From an uncultured virus (IMG/VR IMGVR_UViG_3300022555_000016) (Duplodnaviria > Heunggongvirae > Uroviricota > Caudoviricetes), in IMG/VR virus record IMGVR_UViG_3300022555_000016: DNA of 64,000 nucleotides. One strand, written 5' to 3'. The notes beneath the pieces were generated by a model. That model saw only the letters and a list, made by a program, of their open reading frames with translations. It searched no databases and was not told the origin of the DNA. The position numbers and the translations under genes were made by a program. Shown here in pieces: positions 22,077 through 31,100 of this stretch. Positions within the stretch are counted from its first letter, which is position 1. Every line of letters starts with the position of its first letter.

Positions 22077-22499
22077 TTGACTATGTTAATCAAGAATAAG
22101 CGTAAAGCATATCATACAGTTGAGCAAAGGGTCTACTCTTGCCAATATCATGTAGTTTTATGCTCAAAGTTTAAACGTAAAGTTTTTGAAGGTGATGTTA
22201 AGAAAGCCTTTGAAAAATGGCTAAAAGATCAACAAGAGAACATTGGCTATACCCTTGTAGACTGCGAGATGGTTGTAGAGAGTATACACCTTGTACTAGA
22301 CGTAGACCCTAAAGTCGGAATACATAACGTAGTGGTTAGGATCAAGTCAGGCTCCTCAAACTATATCCGAAACAAATTTAAGGACGTAAAGACTAGGTTT
22401 CCATCCCTATGGTCACGCTCGTATTTTATTGCGTCTGTTGGGTCTGTTGCTCTACTAAGTATCAAGTCCTACATCCAAGCTCAAACAAAGTCCCAGTGA
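22077..22499 (+). CDS. tnpA: IS200/IS605 TnpA (Y1 HUH transposase) homolog, HUH degenerate
   Basis: VYSCQYHVV.CSKFKRK, IKSGSS, LWSRSYFIASVG, YIQAQ; the canonical DHVH reads ESIH. Confidence 0.9.
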   Translation: MTMLIKNKRKAYHTVEQRVYSCQYHVVLCSKFKRKVFEGDVKKAFEKWLKDQQENIGYTLVDCEMVVESIHLVLDVDPKVGIHNVVVRIKSGSSNYIRNKFKDVKTRFPSLWSRSYFIASVGSVALLSIKSYIQAQTKSQ

Positions 22500-22523
22500 C
22501 TTTTCAAGAAGGAGTGAACTAAT

Positions 22524-24611
22524 ATGTTTATAAATAGCTTAGGTCGTGTTTGTATAACTCCTGAAGAAGCTCAGGAAAAGGAAAACAAACTAGTTGAGAT
22601 GATTGATAAGGGTATTACAGATATAGCGGAATTGGCAACTCATTGGAATTGTCACTATGTTTCTATGTTACATTTCCTTAGAAGTAGGACTATTACTAGA
22701 AACGGACAAGACATACGGTTAGATATAGTGCTTAAAAATATTAGAGATGTTAAAAAGAAGGAAGCACATGATAAGATGATGTCATCAGTCAAAGCTTTAA
22801 TTGATGAGGGAGTAACTTCTATAAACGACTTAGCTATTAAACTAGAAGTTGACTATAACTTCATGTACCGTTTTCTAAGAAATAATAAACTGCTAAACCG
22901 GGGAAATGACGCAGGTCCTGTTAACTTCTTAAGAAACCGGACAACTTTAGACAAGACTTATGTTCTAAAATTGATAAAATCTGGTGTGGATTCTATCAGA
23001 GAATTAGCTGAAGAGGCGGGTGTTAATTATGAGACTATGGTTGACTTTCTTGATGATAAAGGTATCTCTAGAGAGAAGTTACTAGGTAGACGAGAACAGA
23101 ATAAAAGGGACTACCGAGATAACGTAGACAAGATAATAGAATTACTATCTAAAGGCTATACTAAAAAGGCGGTTGAGAAAGAGCTTGGTATAGGACGTAA
23201 AGGGGTTGATGTTATTTTAGACAGCCACCCTGAACTAAAAGATAGCTTTGAGAAGTCTCAAACCTCATATAATCTAAGTCTATACACTAATAGCATTGCA
23301 CCTCTGCTAAAAGCGGGAAAGTCTACTATAGAAATTAGTGAATTACTAAATCTTAAAGTAAGAGCTGTGCGTAGGGCTATAAAGGAGTTTAAAGAGAGTA
23401 AAAAGCCTGTTAAAACTAGGTTACTCGACAATAAGACTATGTCGAGGTTTAATAAACTGTTGGTTAAGGGTAGGTCCCTAGATAAAATTGCTAGAATTTT
23501 AGACTTACCTGCATCTTCTATGTTAGGCTATATCTATAGTAACCCACAGCTAATGGACTCTTATAACATTGTGGAAGACAAGTTTGGTTTAGAAAAGCAA
23601 ATAGCAGAAAAACTGTTTGCTTTATTAAGGTTAGGTACTACAGTAAGAGATATAAAAGATAGACTGAATATAAGCCACGCCTTATACTTTAGACTCAGGA
23701 AACGTTACGCAGAGGATTACGAAAAGGCTTTTCTAAAAAGCCACAATTTCGTAAATAAAATAGATACTGACACCAGAATGCTTCGCATAAAAGCAAACTA
23801 TTCCGCTCTTAAAAGTCGCTGCAAGAAACGCGGAATTCCTTTTGCTATTGAAATTGACGATGTTGAATATCCAGAGTATTGTCCAGTTTTAAATATAAAA
23901 CTAAACTATTTTGGTAAACGTGGTGAAGGAGATATGAGAAATTATTTTTCTTATGACAAATTTTACCCACGTAAAGGTTACCTCGTAGGTTTAGTATTTT
24001 GTATGAGTCACCGAGCTAACACACTTAAAAATGACCTTAAATCTTCAAGAGAATTAGGGTCAATAATTTCAGCTCTTAAAGGTGACCCTAAGTTTAAAAC
24101 TAACTATATCACAAACGATGACTACCGTATGAGTATGTACCGTAGGGCCAAGCACAGAGCTAAAAAGAAGGGTATGCCGTTTACTATAACGCCAGAAGAC
24201 ATCAAACTTCCTGCGAGATGTGTCGTGCTAGGCATACGTCTATGCTACACTAACGATACTATGAGATACAATTCGCCTTCACTTGATAGAATTGACAATT
24301 CGAGGGGGTACGAGCCCTCGAACATCTGGGTCATATCAGCGCGTGCTAATGGGCTAAAACTTGACGCTACTGTTGAAGAGCTTAAACTGTTGTTTAAGTG
24401 GATGCGTAAAGTAGAAGACGTTATGCTTATTAAGACTTTTAGAGACCTTAAACTCAACAAAACTAAAGGTGTTCCTCTATCATCTAAACCTAGAATTTCT
24501 ACAACACCTGTTGTAAAAGATCATCTTACTAAGTCTAAGGTGAATACTCCAGAAGACATTAAGGCAGAGATTAGTAGGCAGAGCCTGCTGAAACAACGAT
24601 CTCTATTTTAG
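22524..24611 (+). CDS. multi-HTH protein with two C-terminal HNH-like (beta-beta-alpha) nuclease domains
   Basis: About 6-7 HTH-like repeats; RxKKxGxPF..CPVL..SYDK/SLDRIDNSRGYEPSNIWVISARAN domains. Confidence 0.75.
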   Translation: MFINSLGRVCITPEEAQEKENKLVEMIDKGITDIAELATHWNCHYVSMLHFLRSRTITRNGQDIRLDIVLKNIRDVKKKEAHDKMMSSVKALIDEGVTSINDLAIKLEVDYNFMYRFLRNNKLLNRGNDAGPVNFLRNRTTLDKTYVLKLIKSGVDSIRELAEEAGVNYETMVDFLDDKGISREKLLGRREQNKRDYRDNVDKIIELLSKGYTKKAVEKELGIGRKGVDVILDSHPELKDSFEKSQTSYNLSLYTNSIAPLLKAGKSTIEISELLNLKVRAVRRAIKEFKESKKPVKTRLLDNKTMSRFNKLLVKGRSLDKIARILDLPASSMLGYIYSNPQLMDSYNIVEDKFGLEKQIAEKLFALLRLGTTVRDIKDRLNISHALYFRLRKRYAEDYEKAFLKSHNFVNKIDTDTRMLRIKANYSALKSRCKKRGIPFAIEIDDVEYPEYCPVLNIKLNYFGKRGEGDMRNYFSYDKFYPRKGYLVGLVFCMSHRANTLKNDLKSSRELGSIISALKGDPKFKTNYITNDDYRMSMYRRAKHRAKKKGMPFTITPEDIKLPARCVVLGIRLCYTNDTMRYNSPSLDRIDNSRGYEPSNIWVISARANGLKLDATVEELKLLFKWMRKVEDVMLIKTFRDLKLNKTKGVPLSSKPRISTTPVVKDHLTKSKVNTPEDIKAEISRQSLLKQRSLF

Positions 24612-24633
24612 ACTGGATGGAATCCAAAGGTGT

Positions 24634-24894
24634 CTAACCCAACACCTTGTAAAACTTTCCCTTAAATGCTAAACCTCTAGAGTAGTCCAAAGGTGTTCCT
24701 AAAACAGGACAATGTGTTACACTAGCTGCCTTTTTAATGTCCGCTGCACAGAGCCCAAAGGGTACACCTTCTAGTTTAGCCTGCGCTTCAATGTCTGTTA
24801 ACATTCTAGCTATTTCGCTCTCGTTGAATACTACGTTCTCAGACTTTTCCAACTTGCTAGTCTTCAACTTCTTCTTAAGCTTGCTTTCACCCAT
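24634..24894 (-). CDS. small protein with truncated CPVLG nuclease-associated module
   Basis: AKLEGVPFGL..DI...THCPVLGTPLDY; lacks the DRID..N catalytic part. Confidence 0.55.
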   Translation of the reverse strand: MGESKLKKKLKTSKLEKSENVVFNESEIARMLTDIEAQAKLEGVPFGLCAADIKKAASVTHCPVLGTPLDYSRGLAFKGKFYKVLG

Positions 24895-24961
24895 GTTACC
24901 TACTCCAGTTGTTCACTACACCCAATGTACCAATACAACCAACCTCAAAAGGAATCTAATC

Positions 24962-25111
24962 ATGACTAGCCAAAAGACTCCAGTAACCACTGAGACTTTC
25001 AAGCAACCTACCAGCCGTGCAGAAATTCTTGCACTTACGGGTATGAAAGAGCTTCCTACTCACTGTCCAGTTTTGGGTATCAAGCTGAACTACTCTAACC
25101 TACGTGACTAA
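24962..25111 (+). CDS. 49-aa protein with truncated CPVLG module
   Basis: AAGGA RBS, then MTSQK...ELPTHCPVLGIKLNY; followed by a terminator. Confidence 0.55.
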   Translation: MTSQKTPVTTETFKQPTSRAEILALTGMKELPTHCPVLGIKLNYSNLRD

Positions 25112-25134
25112 CCACTAAAAGCTAACACCACCCC

Positions 25135-25170
25135 AAGGGAGTAATTGGCACATTAGCCAATTACTCCCTT
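25135..25170. terminator. bidirectional-type hairpin terminator
   Basis: AAGGGAGTAATTGGC/GCCAATTACTCCCTT followed by a T run. Confidence 0.65.
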
Positions 25171-25185
25171 TTCTATTCTACCTAG

Positions 25186-25214
25186 ATATTAACACACCAA
25201 TTCTAGAAAGTCAA
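25186..25214 (-). promoter_or_regulatory. sigma70-type promoter
   Basis: TTGACT-17nt-TAATAT. Confidence 0.55.
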
Positions 25215-26240
25215 CTAAAAAGTTGCTGACTTAAAAGAAAAGTTGTCACGCCGCAAACTCTGGCAACTTAATCCAGTCACTATTTAGCACCGTGTAGATT
25301 TCAACCCAGGAGATGTCAGTGCTATAACGAATAACACACTGAACATCCCAAATGGACCCGGCTAACAAAGGCTTCAACTTGCCCATGATGAACTTAGCAT
25401 GGTGTGGCGTAAGCTGCTCTTCCAATCCAGCGGGTCCAGCGATATTACCCTCAAAGTTAACAGTAACATCGACATCAGGATTGTTTTTCGCAAACTCAAC
25501 CAAAGGGTTAGGAAAAATGTAAAGCCAGAGGGACAACTTTTTCTTAAGCCCACTCTGCAAATTGGTGTTATCCCAATCCGGCTGGTAGTTATCAATTAGG
25601 GTTAACAACCCCGCGAAGATACCTTCCAACTCATCATCGGAGTAAGGCCAGTTTTCTAGTTTTAGGACATTCCTACGCGTTGACAAGCTCTTAGCAATTG
25701 CCAGATTAAGCTTGGCGTCTAAACTACGAACGATAGTCATTGTTTTACCCTCCATCACACCACAAGTTCAACAAAACCAATGACTCTTTTAACTGATTTC
25801 TTCAGGCTCTTACCCAAACACTCAACCTCTTTGAACACGATCCGGTCCAGGACTAAATCGTCCAAGTAGTAACCCCAAATACCGTAAGGACCGTTGCTCT
25901 CTTTCCTGTTTCTCAGTCCGGTCATACGGCCAGGGTCACCAACTTCTTCCTCTTCCTTGTCATAAATACGAGAATAACCTAAATTAACACACTTGAACAA
26001 AGTTAACCTGCTAAACCCGGCTTTACACTTGAACTTCAGGTCTACTTCTCGCCGCAACGGAAACGTGAACCGTAGCACAATTTCACCACTATCTATTAAC
26101 ACCTCGTCACTAATAGGCAAATCGTCAGAGTAATCTACCACCTTCGGCGAATCTTCAAATTTAATCTTGATCATTATTTCTCTACCCCGAACCCGGTTGT
26201 TCAACTAGGAACAACCGGGTCCTTTTATCTACAGGTGTAT

Positions 26241-26423
26241 TTATTTTATTACCGGCTTGCCACCGTTAGCCTTTTGTTCAGCTCTAACTTCCTTAAGTAT
26301 TGAGTTAAAAGCTTCTTCCTCAATTTTTCTAAACTCTTCCTGAGTGTCATGAAACCGTTGACACACCCTTTTAGCCTCCTCAAATGAGTAGACTTTCTCT
26401 TGCTTATCTCCGCTGCGAGCCAT
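26241..26423 (-). CDS. hypothetical protein, tandem module copy 3
   Basis: KVYSFEEAKRVCQRF..EEAF..IL.EVRA. Confidence 0.6.
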   Translation of the reverse strand: MARSGDKQEKVYSFEEAKRVCQRFHDTQEEFRKIEEEAFNSILKEVRAEQKANGGKPVIK

Positions 26424-26428
26424 GACTT

Positions 26429-26599
26429 TTATTCTTCTTTATTACACTTACGTCGTGCCCGCACTCTCAATAAAACTTCCTGAAAAGCCTCTTCTTCTGA
26501 CTTTCGAATCTCTTCCCGATGCTCTTGAAACCACTTACAAGCTTCCTTAGCCCCTTCAAGAGAGTATATTACCTCAGATGTATCATCCGAACGAACCAC
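26429..26599 (-). CDS. hypothetical 56-aa protein, tandem module copy 2 (not in ORF track)
   Basis: GTG start; MVRSDDTSEVIYSLEGAKEACKWFQEHREEIRKSEEEAFQEVLLRVRARRKCNKEE. Confidence 0.65.
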   Translation of the reverse strand: MVRSDDTSEVIYSLEGAKEACKWFQEHREEIRKSEEEAFQEVLLRVRARRKCNKEE

Positions 26600-26604
26600 G
26601 ACTC

Positions 26605-27309
26605 TTACTCTTCTTTATTAGACTTATCTCGCGCTCTAACTTCCATTAGAATAGAGTGGAGCATTTCTTCCTTAAGTTTTTCAAAATCTTCCCGTGTGTC
26701 ATCAAACCACTTACACACTTCAACTGCTTCCTTAAAGGAATAGATTTTACCTACTTCTTTGTCCACATTACGAGCCATAACCTTTACTCCAGGTTTAGCA
26801 AAATGATAAAACAACTCTTTAGAGTTAAAAGTTGACTTAACTGGAGAAAGCTTATATCCTATAGAGTCAAGAACTTCAAATAACTCAAGGTAACGAGTCT
26901 TTGTGACTTTTTCATCCGTTAATTTTAAAACGAGGTAATCTGGATTCCCTGACTTAATCAAAACTACAGGTACCAAAGAATTTATCAATTTACTGATTTT
27001 AGTACTATCATTTCTTAAATCATATTTATCTATTAAAGCTTGAGACTCGGAGGTTACACCATCATGAACTATGATGTATTTGCCACTAACATTATCATTG
27101 ATAAATAAGCCGTAACCTAACTCAACATAAGATAACTTATAACGTAAACTAAAACAAACGCTTAAGGTTGGAAAAGAATTCGCATATTCTGCTACTTTCT
27201 TAAGGTAAACTATTGCACCTCCTGATTCTCTAACCTCCCAATCAGCTTTATCATTAAACTTCCATTTGGACAAGTGTGCTTCAATGTACTGGTATAAGTC
27301 TTTAAACAT
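26605..27309 (-). CDS. hypothetical protein carrying tandem module copy 1 at the C-terminus
   Basis: C-terminal MARN..KIYSFKEAVEVCKWF..EVRARDKSNKEE. Confidence 0.6.
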   Translation of the reverse strand: MFKDLYQYIEAHLSKWKFNDKADWEVRESGGAIVYLKKVAEYANSFPTLSVCFSLRYKLSYVELGYGLFINDNVSGKYIIVHDGVTSESQALIDKYDLRNDSTKISKLINSLVPVVLIKSGNPDYLVLKLTDEKVTKTRYLELFEVLDSIGYKLSPVKSTFNSKELFYHFAKPGVKVMARNVDKEVGKIYSFKEAVEVCKWFDDTREDFEKLKEEMLHSILMEVRARDKSNKEE

Positions 27310-27324
27310 AGTTACTACTCCTTC

Positions 27325-27600
27325 CTAACAACCTAACCCTGCAACACAGGCACAAACATCAGAACTGGAAATTGGGCTAGAGCCTTTCCAAGTAGACTTC
27401 TCTACAACGTCTACGTTATTATCAGAGTTGTCAGGATCAATTGAAGCATTGTACATTACCCACTTATTACCAATAGCAATGTACGCTTGATCGCTATTCT
27501 TATCATAGTAGATGTCATAGTCTTTAAAAGTAGTAGGTTGCTTATCTAACACGCCTAAAAGATTTAATTCAGTCATTGATTTTACCTCCCTACGAACCAC
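27325..27600 (-). CDS. small protein with C-terminal CACVAGLGC motif (paralog A)
   Basis: Paralog of 28036..28323; start may be the later Met (MTELN). Confidence 0.6.
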   Translation of the reverse strand: MVRREVKSMTELNLLGVLDKQPTTFKDYDIYYDKNSDQAYIAIGNKWVMYNASIDPDNSDNNVDVVEKSTWKGSSPISSSDVCACVAGLGC

Positions 27601-28035
27601 TAAAACTTTAGAATCTCTAGTGGTTCGTCATATAAAACTAAACTTACTCTACAAGAACCAGTGTACCAGCATCACCAAGAACTGATTCTGCCCAAGCATA
27701 CAACTTTTCCCGAAGGTCAGGATCAATAATATCCAGAAACACGTAGTCACAAGGGTTTTCGGGTAACTCTCCAATGTTTTCGGCCGTAAACGAACCCCAA
27801 ACTATTAAATCTCCTTCTTTAACGAGATCGTTGTACGCTTTAGCAAAATGTGTGATTAACTCTTTAGTTGTTGATTCCTCGCTGAGAAAACGAAGCCTAA
27901 GCTTGGAATCAAACAAAGTTAAACCTAGAGCACTAGCCATTGCTAATTTTACTTTACCATGACCAACTTCAGCAACAATTTTAACTGTACGCATAACTTC
28001 TCTCCACAGACTAGATTAAAAATTACGAACCCACC

Positions 28036-28323
28036 CTAACAACCTACTCCTGCAACACAGGCACAAACGTCGGAACTATTTGAACCACTGTCTCCGACCC
28101 AACTACTAACTGTAGCGTCTGTACCACGTTGAACGCTAGAGGCAAGTGGAGTGTATGACAGGTTGTACATTACCCACTTACCGTCAATAGCAATGTACCC
28201 TTGACCCGTATTCTTATCATTATAGAAATCATAGTCATCAAACTTAGTAGGTTGCTGGTCTAGTTCACCTAAATAGTTTAGCGCATTCATAACAACACCC
28301 TTTCCTAGATTAAAAACTACCAA
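28036..28323 (-). CDS. small protein with C-terminal CACVAGVGC motif (paralog B)
   Basis: LG.LD.QPT.F.DYD.Y.DKN..Q.YIAI..KWVMYN.S shared with paralog A. Confidence 0.6.
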   Translation of the reverse strand: MVVFNLGKGVVMNALNYLGELDQQPTKFDDYDFYNDKNTGQGYIAIDGKWVMYNLSYTPLASSVQRGTDATVSSWVGDSGSNSSDVCACVAGVGC

Positions 28324-28678
28324 CGATGTCCGATTTGGACAACGCAGCGTATTTCAAAAACCCACGAGCAACGTCCCAGTCAAGTTGGGTTATTAGTTTT
28401 CTATTGTACTCCCACCAGTCAGGCAACCAGTCTGGAGAAAACAATAAAGGTACTACTTCATCAGCAGCTTGCACCAAATAATCCGGGATGCTATAGCAAC
28501 CTTCCCTAGCCTCCCAGGTGTCAGGATCATGCCTAATCTTGAAGTCTTCTGGGTTAAGCTCTGGTTTGTCTACCTGACCACTCCAATAGTCTACAAGAGT
28601 GCAGCATACCCTAAAGTTTAGGGACTTAGTGTTGGGACTATCTCCAGCAAACATTATTGCACCCACAACGCAAACTCC

Positions 28679-29113
28679 TTAACTCAACCAAGCTTCTTCT
28701 AAAGTCTTCACTGGAACCGGCTTTGGTTCCTTACTGTCGTAGGACATGTCAACCACATTGACAATCCTACCTATATTTACAGGAAAACAGCCAAAGAACT
28801 TGGTACCGTCAATCTCAACAGTCTGTTTACAACCGACCCATGTTTTATGATCCATTACCCTAGTAAACCAACTGTAGAAATATTCTTTTGATTCCTTACA
28901 GCCTGTTAGATCAAAAGATAGTTTTCCTGGAATGCGTCTAAGAGGTATGCCAGTCTCCCTATCACCAACATGCTCTTCCCTAAAGACAGGAATCACGCCC
29001 AATATCCAATCAGTCCTACCTCTAGTTATCTCTTCTTTAAGGTACTCTTGCTCATCAGCAGTTAGATTAAAACTGTTGATCTCTACCGAATCGTTACCGA
29101 TCTTGATAAACAT
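28679..29113 (-). CDS. hypothetical protein, T4 gp19 tail-tube-like segment
   Basis: IPGK.SF...YFYSWF...FFGCFPVNIG...MSYD. Confidence 0.4.
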   Translation of the reverse strand: MFIKIGNDSVEINSFNLTADEQEYLKEEITRGRTDWILGVIPVFREEHVGDRETGIPLRRIPGKLSFDLTGCKESKEYFYSWFTRVMDHKTWVGCKQTVEIDGTKFFGCFPVNIGRIVNVVDMSYDSKEPKPVPVKTLEEAWLS

Positions 29114-29790
29114 GAGCTATTTCTCCTCTAGGAAAATTACGGCCTACGACTATCCACGACGATTGTTGTTTCGTACATAGAGATAATCCAAAACAATCAT
29201 TACCGGCCAGAAAGTCCAGGCAAGTAAGACTAAACAAAATAGCTTAACAATAGAAGCTAAACCCAACCAAAAATTATGATGAAACATGTAGTTAAACAAC
29301 ACTGAAAAGTTCAAATCCGCCATATTTCTTAAATTACCGATCATATAGACGAAAAAACCAAAAAAGTAAATAGTCCAAAAATAAATCATCACCAAACTCC
29401 TCAACTACCGATTAGAATCAAAAACAACAACTTGCCAATAAACAACCCACTGATGAAAGCACCCAACAAACAAATGTAGGCTTTGTCCACTTCAAACCCC
29501 ATTACCAAAAACCGTTAACTAAAAACTCGGACACGTTTTTGATCCGAACGTTGGTTTTAACCATTCTACTATCCCTGGAACCCGCAGCGTCCGTGTAGTG
29601 TTCTTCCTCATAGACTAGGCCGCAGTGTTTACACACATAGAAATATGGCTTTTCGGGATAGACCAATTGATCATTAACTACCGTTAGGAGTTTACCAAGA
29701 AAAACAAAATCCTCATGTATTTCGCTACAACAAGAACGACGATGAACAGCTGTTACCGTTACAGACATAACACCTCCTTAATTACGAGGT

Positions 29791-29928
29791 TGGTCGCAGG
29801 AGAGAATCGAACTCTCGTCTCGGCGCTGACCGTGTTCTACCATTGAACTAGAGAGTGCAAACACTCCCGAACGGAATTGAACCGCTCATCTCGGTAGGGT
29901 CCGTGTTTTACCATTAAACTACTGCAAC
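29791..29928 (-). ncRNA. double tRNA-like RNA (two D arms, two T arms, no normal anticodon arm)
   Basis: GTTGCAG-TA-GTTTAATGGTAAAAC-A-CGGACCCTACCG-AGAT-GAGCGGTTCAATTCCGTTC-GGGAGTG TTTG CACTCTC-TA-GTTCAATGGTAGAAC-A-CGGTCAGCGCCG-AGAC-GAGAGTTCGATTCTCTC-CTGCGAC-CA. Confidence 0.85.
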
Positions 29929-29973
29929 ACAGAGGGTGAGAGTAAGTCTAAGCTGTACTCCCACCCAAAATAG

Positions 29974-30483
29974 TTAGACTACAGTTCCATCAACTTTACC
30001 AATTAAAACCTCTCTAGCGGTAAAACTAGAACAACCTGTACCACCACCAATAGGTACAGTCTGATTTGTCAAGTTGTCAGAACTAATAACTCCTATTGCT
30101 GTAGTAGAACTCAACTCTGACCGAAGACGATAACCTTCCAACGGCCAAATCTGAGTAACTGCGTCTTGCCTAGCAATCTTACGACCTAGCTCCGCGTCAA
30201 AGTTCTCAGGGCTAGCACAAGCGGACTTACCGACCACTGTGAAACCGTTCTTGAGAACTAAAACACACAAGGTCAAGAGGGATAAGGCTACGGGAAGTGA
30301 AGCTATCGCTTCAGGCTTAGTTGCTTCCTTTGGAAGAGAATCGTAGTATTCCCCAAACACACCGTCAGAGGCTAAAAAATAAAACTCTTGGGTGATGGTG
30401 TTTTCAATGTCTTGAGGAGTAATCCTAGGAGCAGTTAAACCCTTAGCCTGAATTTCTGCTTCAATTTGATTGTTAGTAGACAT
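29974..30483 (-). CDS. N4 gp49/Sf6 gp66-family phage protein
   Basis: TAPRITPQDIE, LTLCVLVLKNGFTVVGKSACASPENFDAELGRKIA...IWPLEGY; start at MSTNN. Confidence 0.85.
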   Translation of the reverse strand: MSTNNQIEAEIQAKGLTAPRITPQDIENTITQEFYFLASDGVFGEYYDSLPKEATKPEAIASLPVALSLLTLCVLVLKNGFTVVGKSACASPENFDAELGRKIARQDAVTQIWPLEGYRLRSELSSTTAIGVISSDNLTNQTVPIGGGTGCSSFTAREVLIGKVDGTVV

Positions 30484-31100
30484 GGTTACTTGTTCCTTTG
30501 AGATGGTTGGCGCCACGGAGCGTTTAACAACAACGGAGCAAACGTTAGAGCATAATGAGAGTGTTGCTTCATTACAGCAGTACACGTCAACTCTTCTAAA
30601 ACTTTTTGAAAAGCCTCTTTGTCTCCAGTTACTGAACCGTCCGCATTGATTTGTACGGATATCCCAGGAAACGATATAGCGTAAGGATAAGCCGCCGTGA
30701 CTTCATCAGGCTTATTGCAATACATAACAGAATTTGAACCTTCCGACATGGTTACTTGACCCTTCTGACTAGAGTTAGACAGATTCAACAAGCAAGTCAA
30801 CGCCTAAAACTTTACCTACATAGGTTGTACCCTTATAGTTAAGTAAGTGCTTAGCCATAGCCTCAATATAAGTGGAGTAAGTACGCGGGTGTTGCATGGC
30901 ATACTTAAAACCTTTTAGACCGTCTTCCACCTTCTGGTTAGCGTCAAAAAAGTTTGCAAATTGAGGATCAGTGCTCAAGTCAACAAACTGTTTAGGAGGA
31001 ATTGTTAACTGTTGAATATGCTTACCTCTCACCTTAGCAGTTTCCATCTGCTTACAAAGAATTTCCAATGCTGACATAACTACTTGGTCCTTCCGACATG

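Noticed and set aside
29791..29928. Two ordinary tandem tRNA genes
   Set aside because: The acceptor strands do not pair within each unit, and the anticodon arms are 12 nt with no 7-nt loop.
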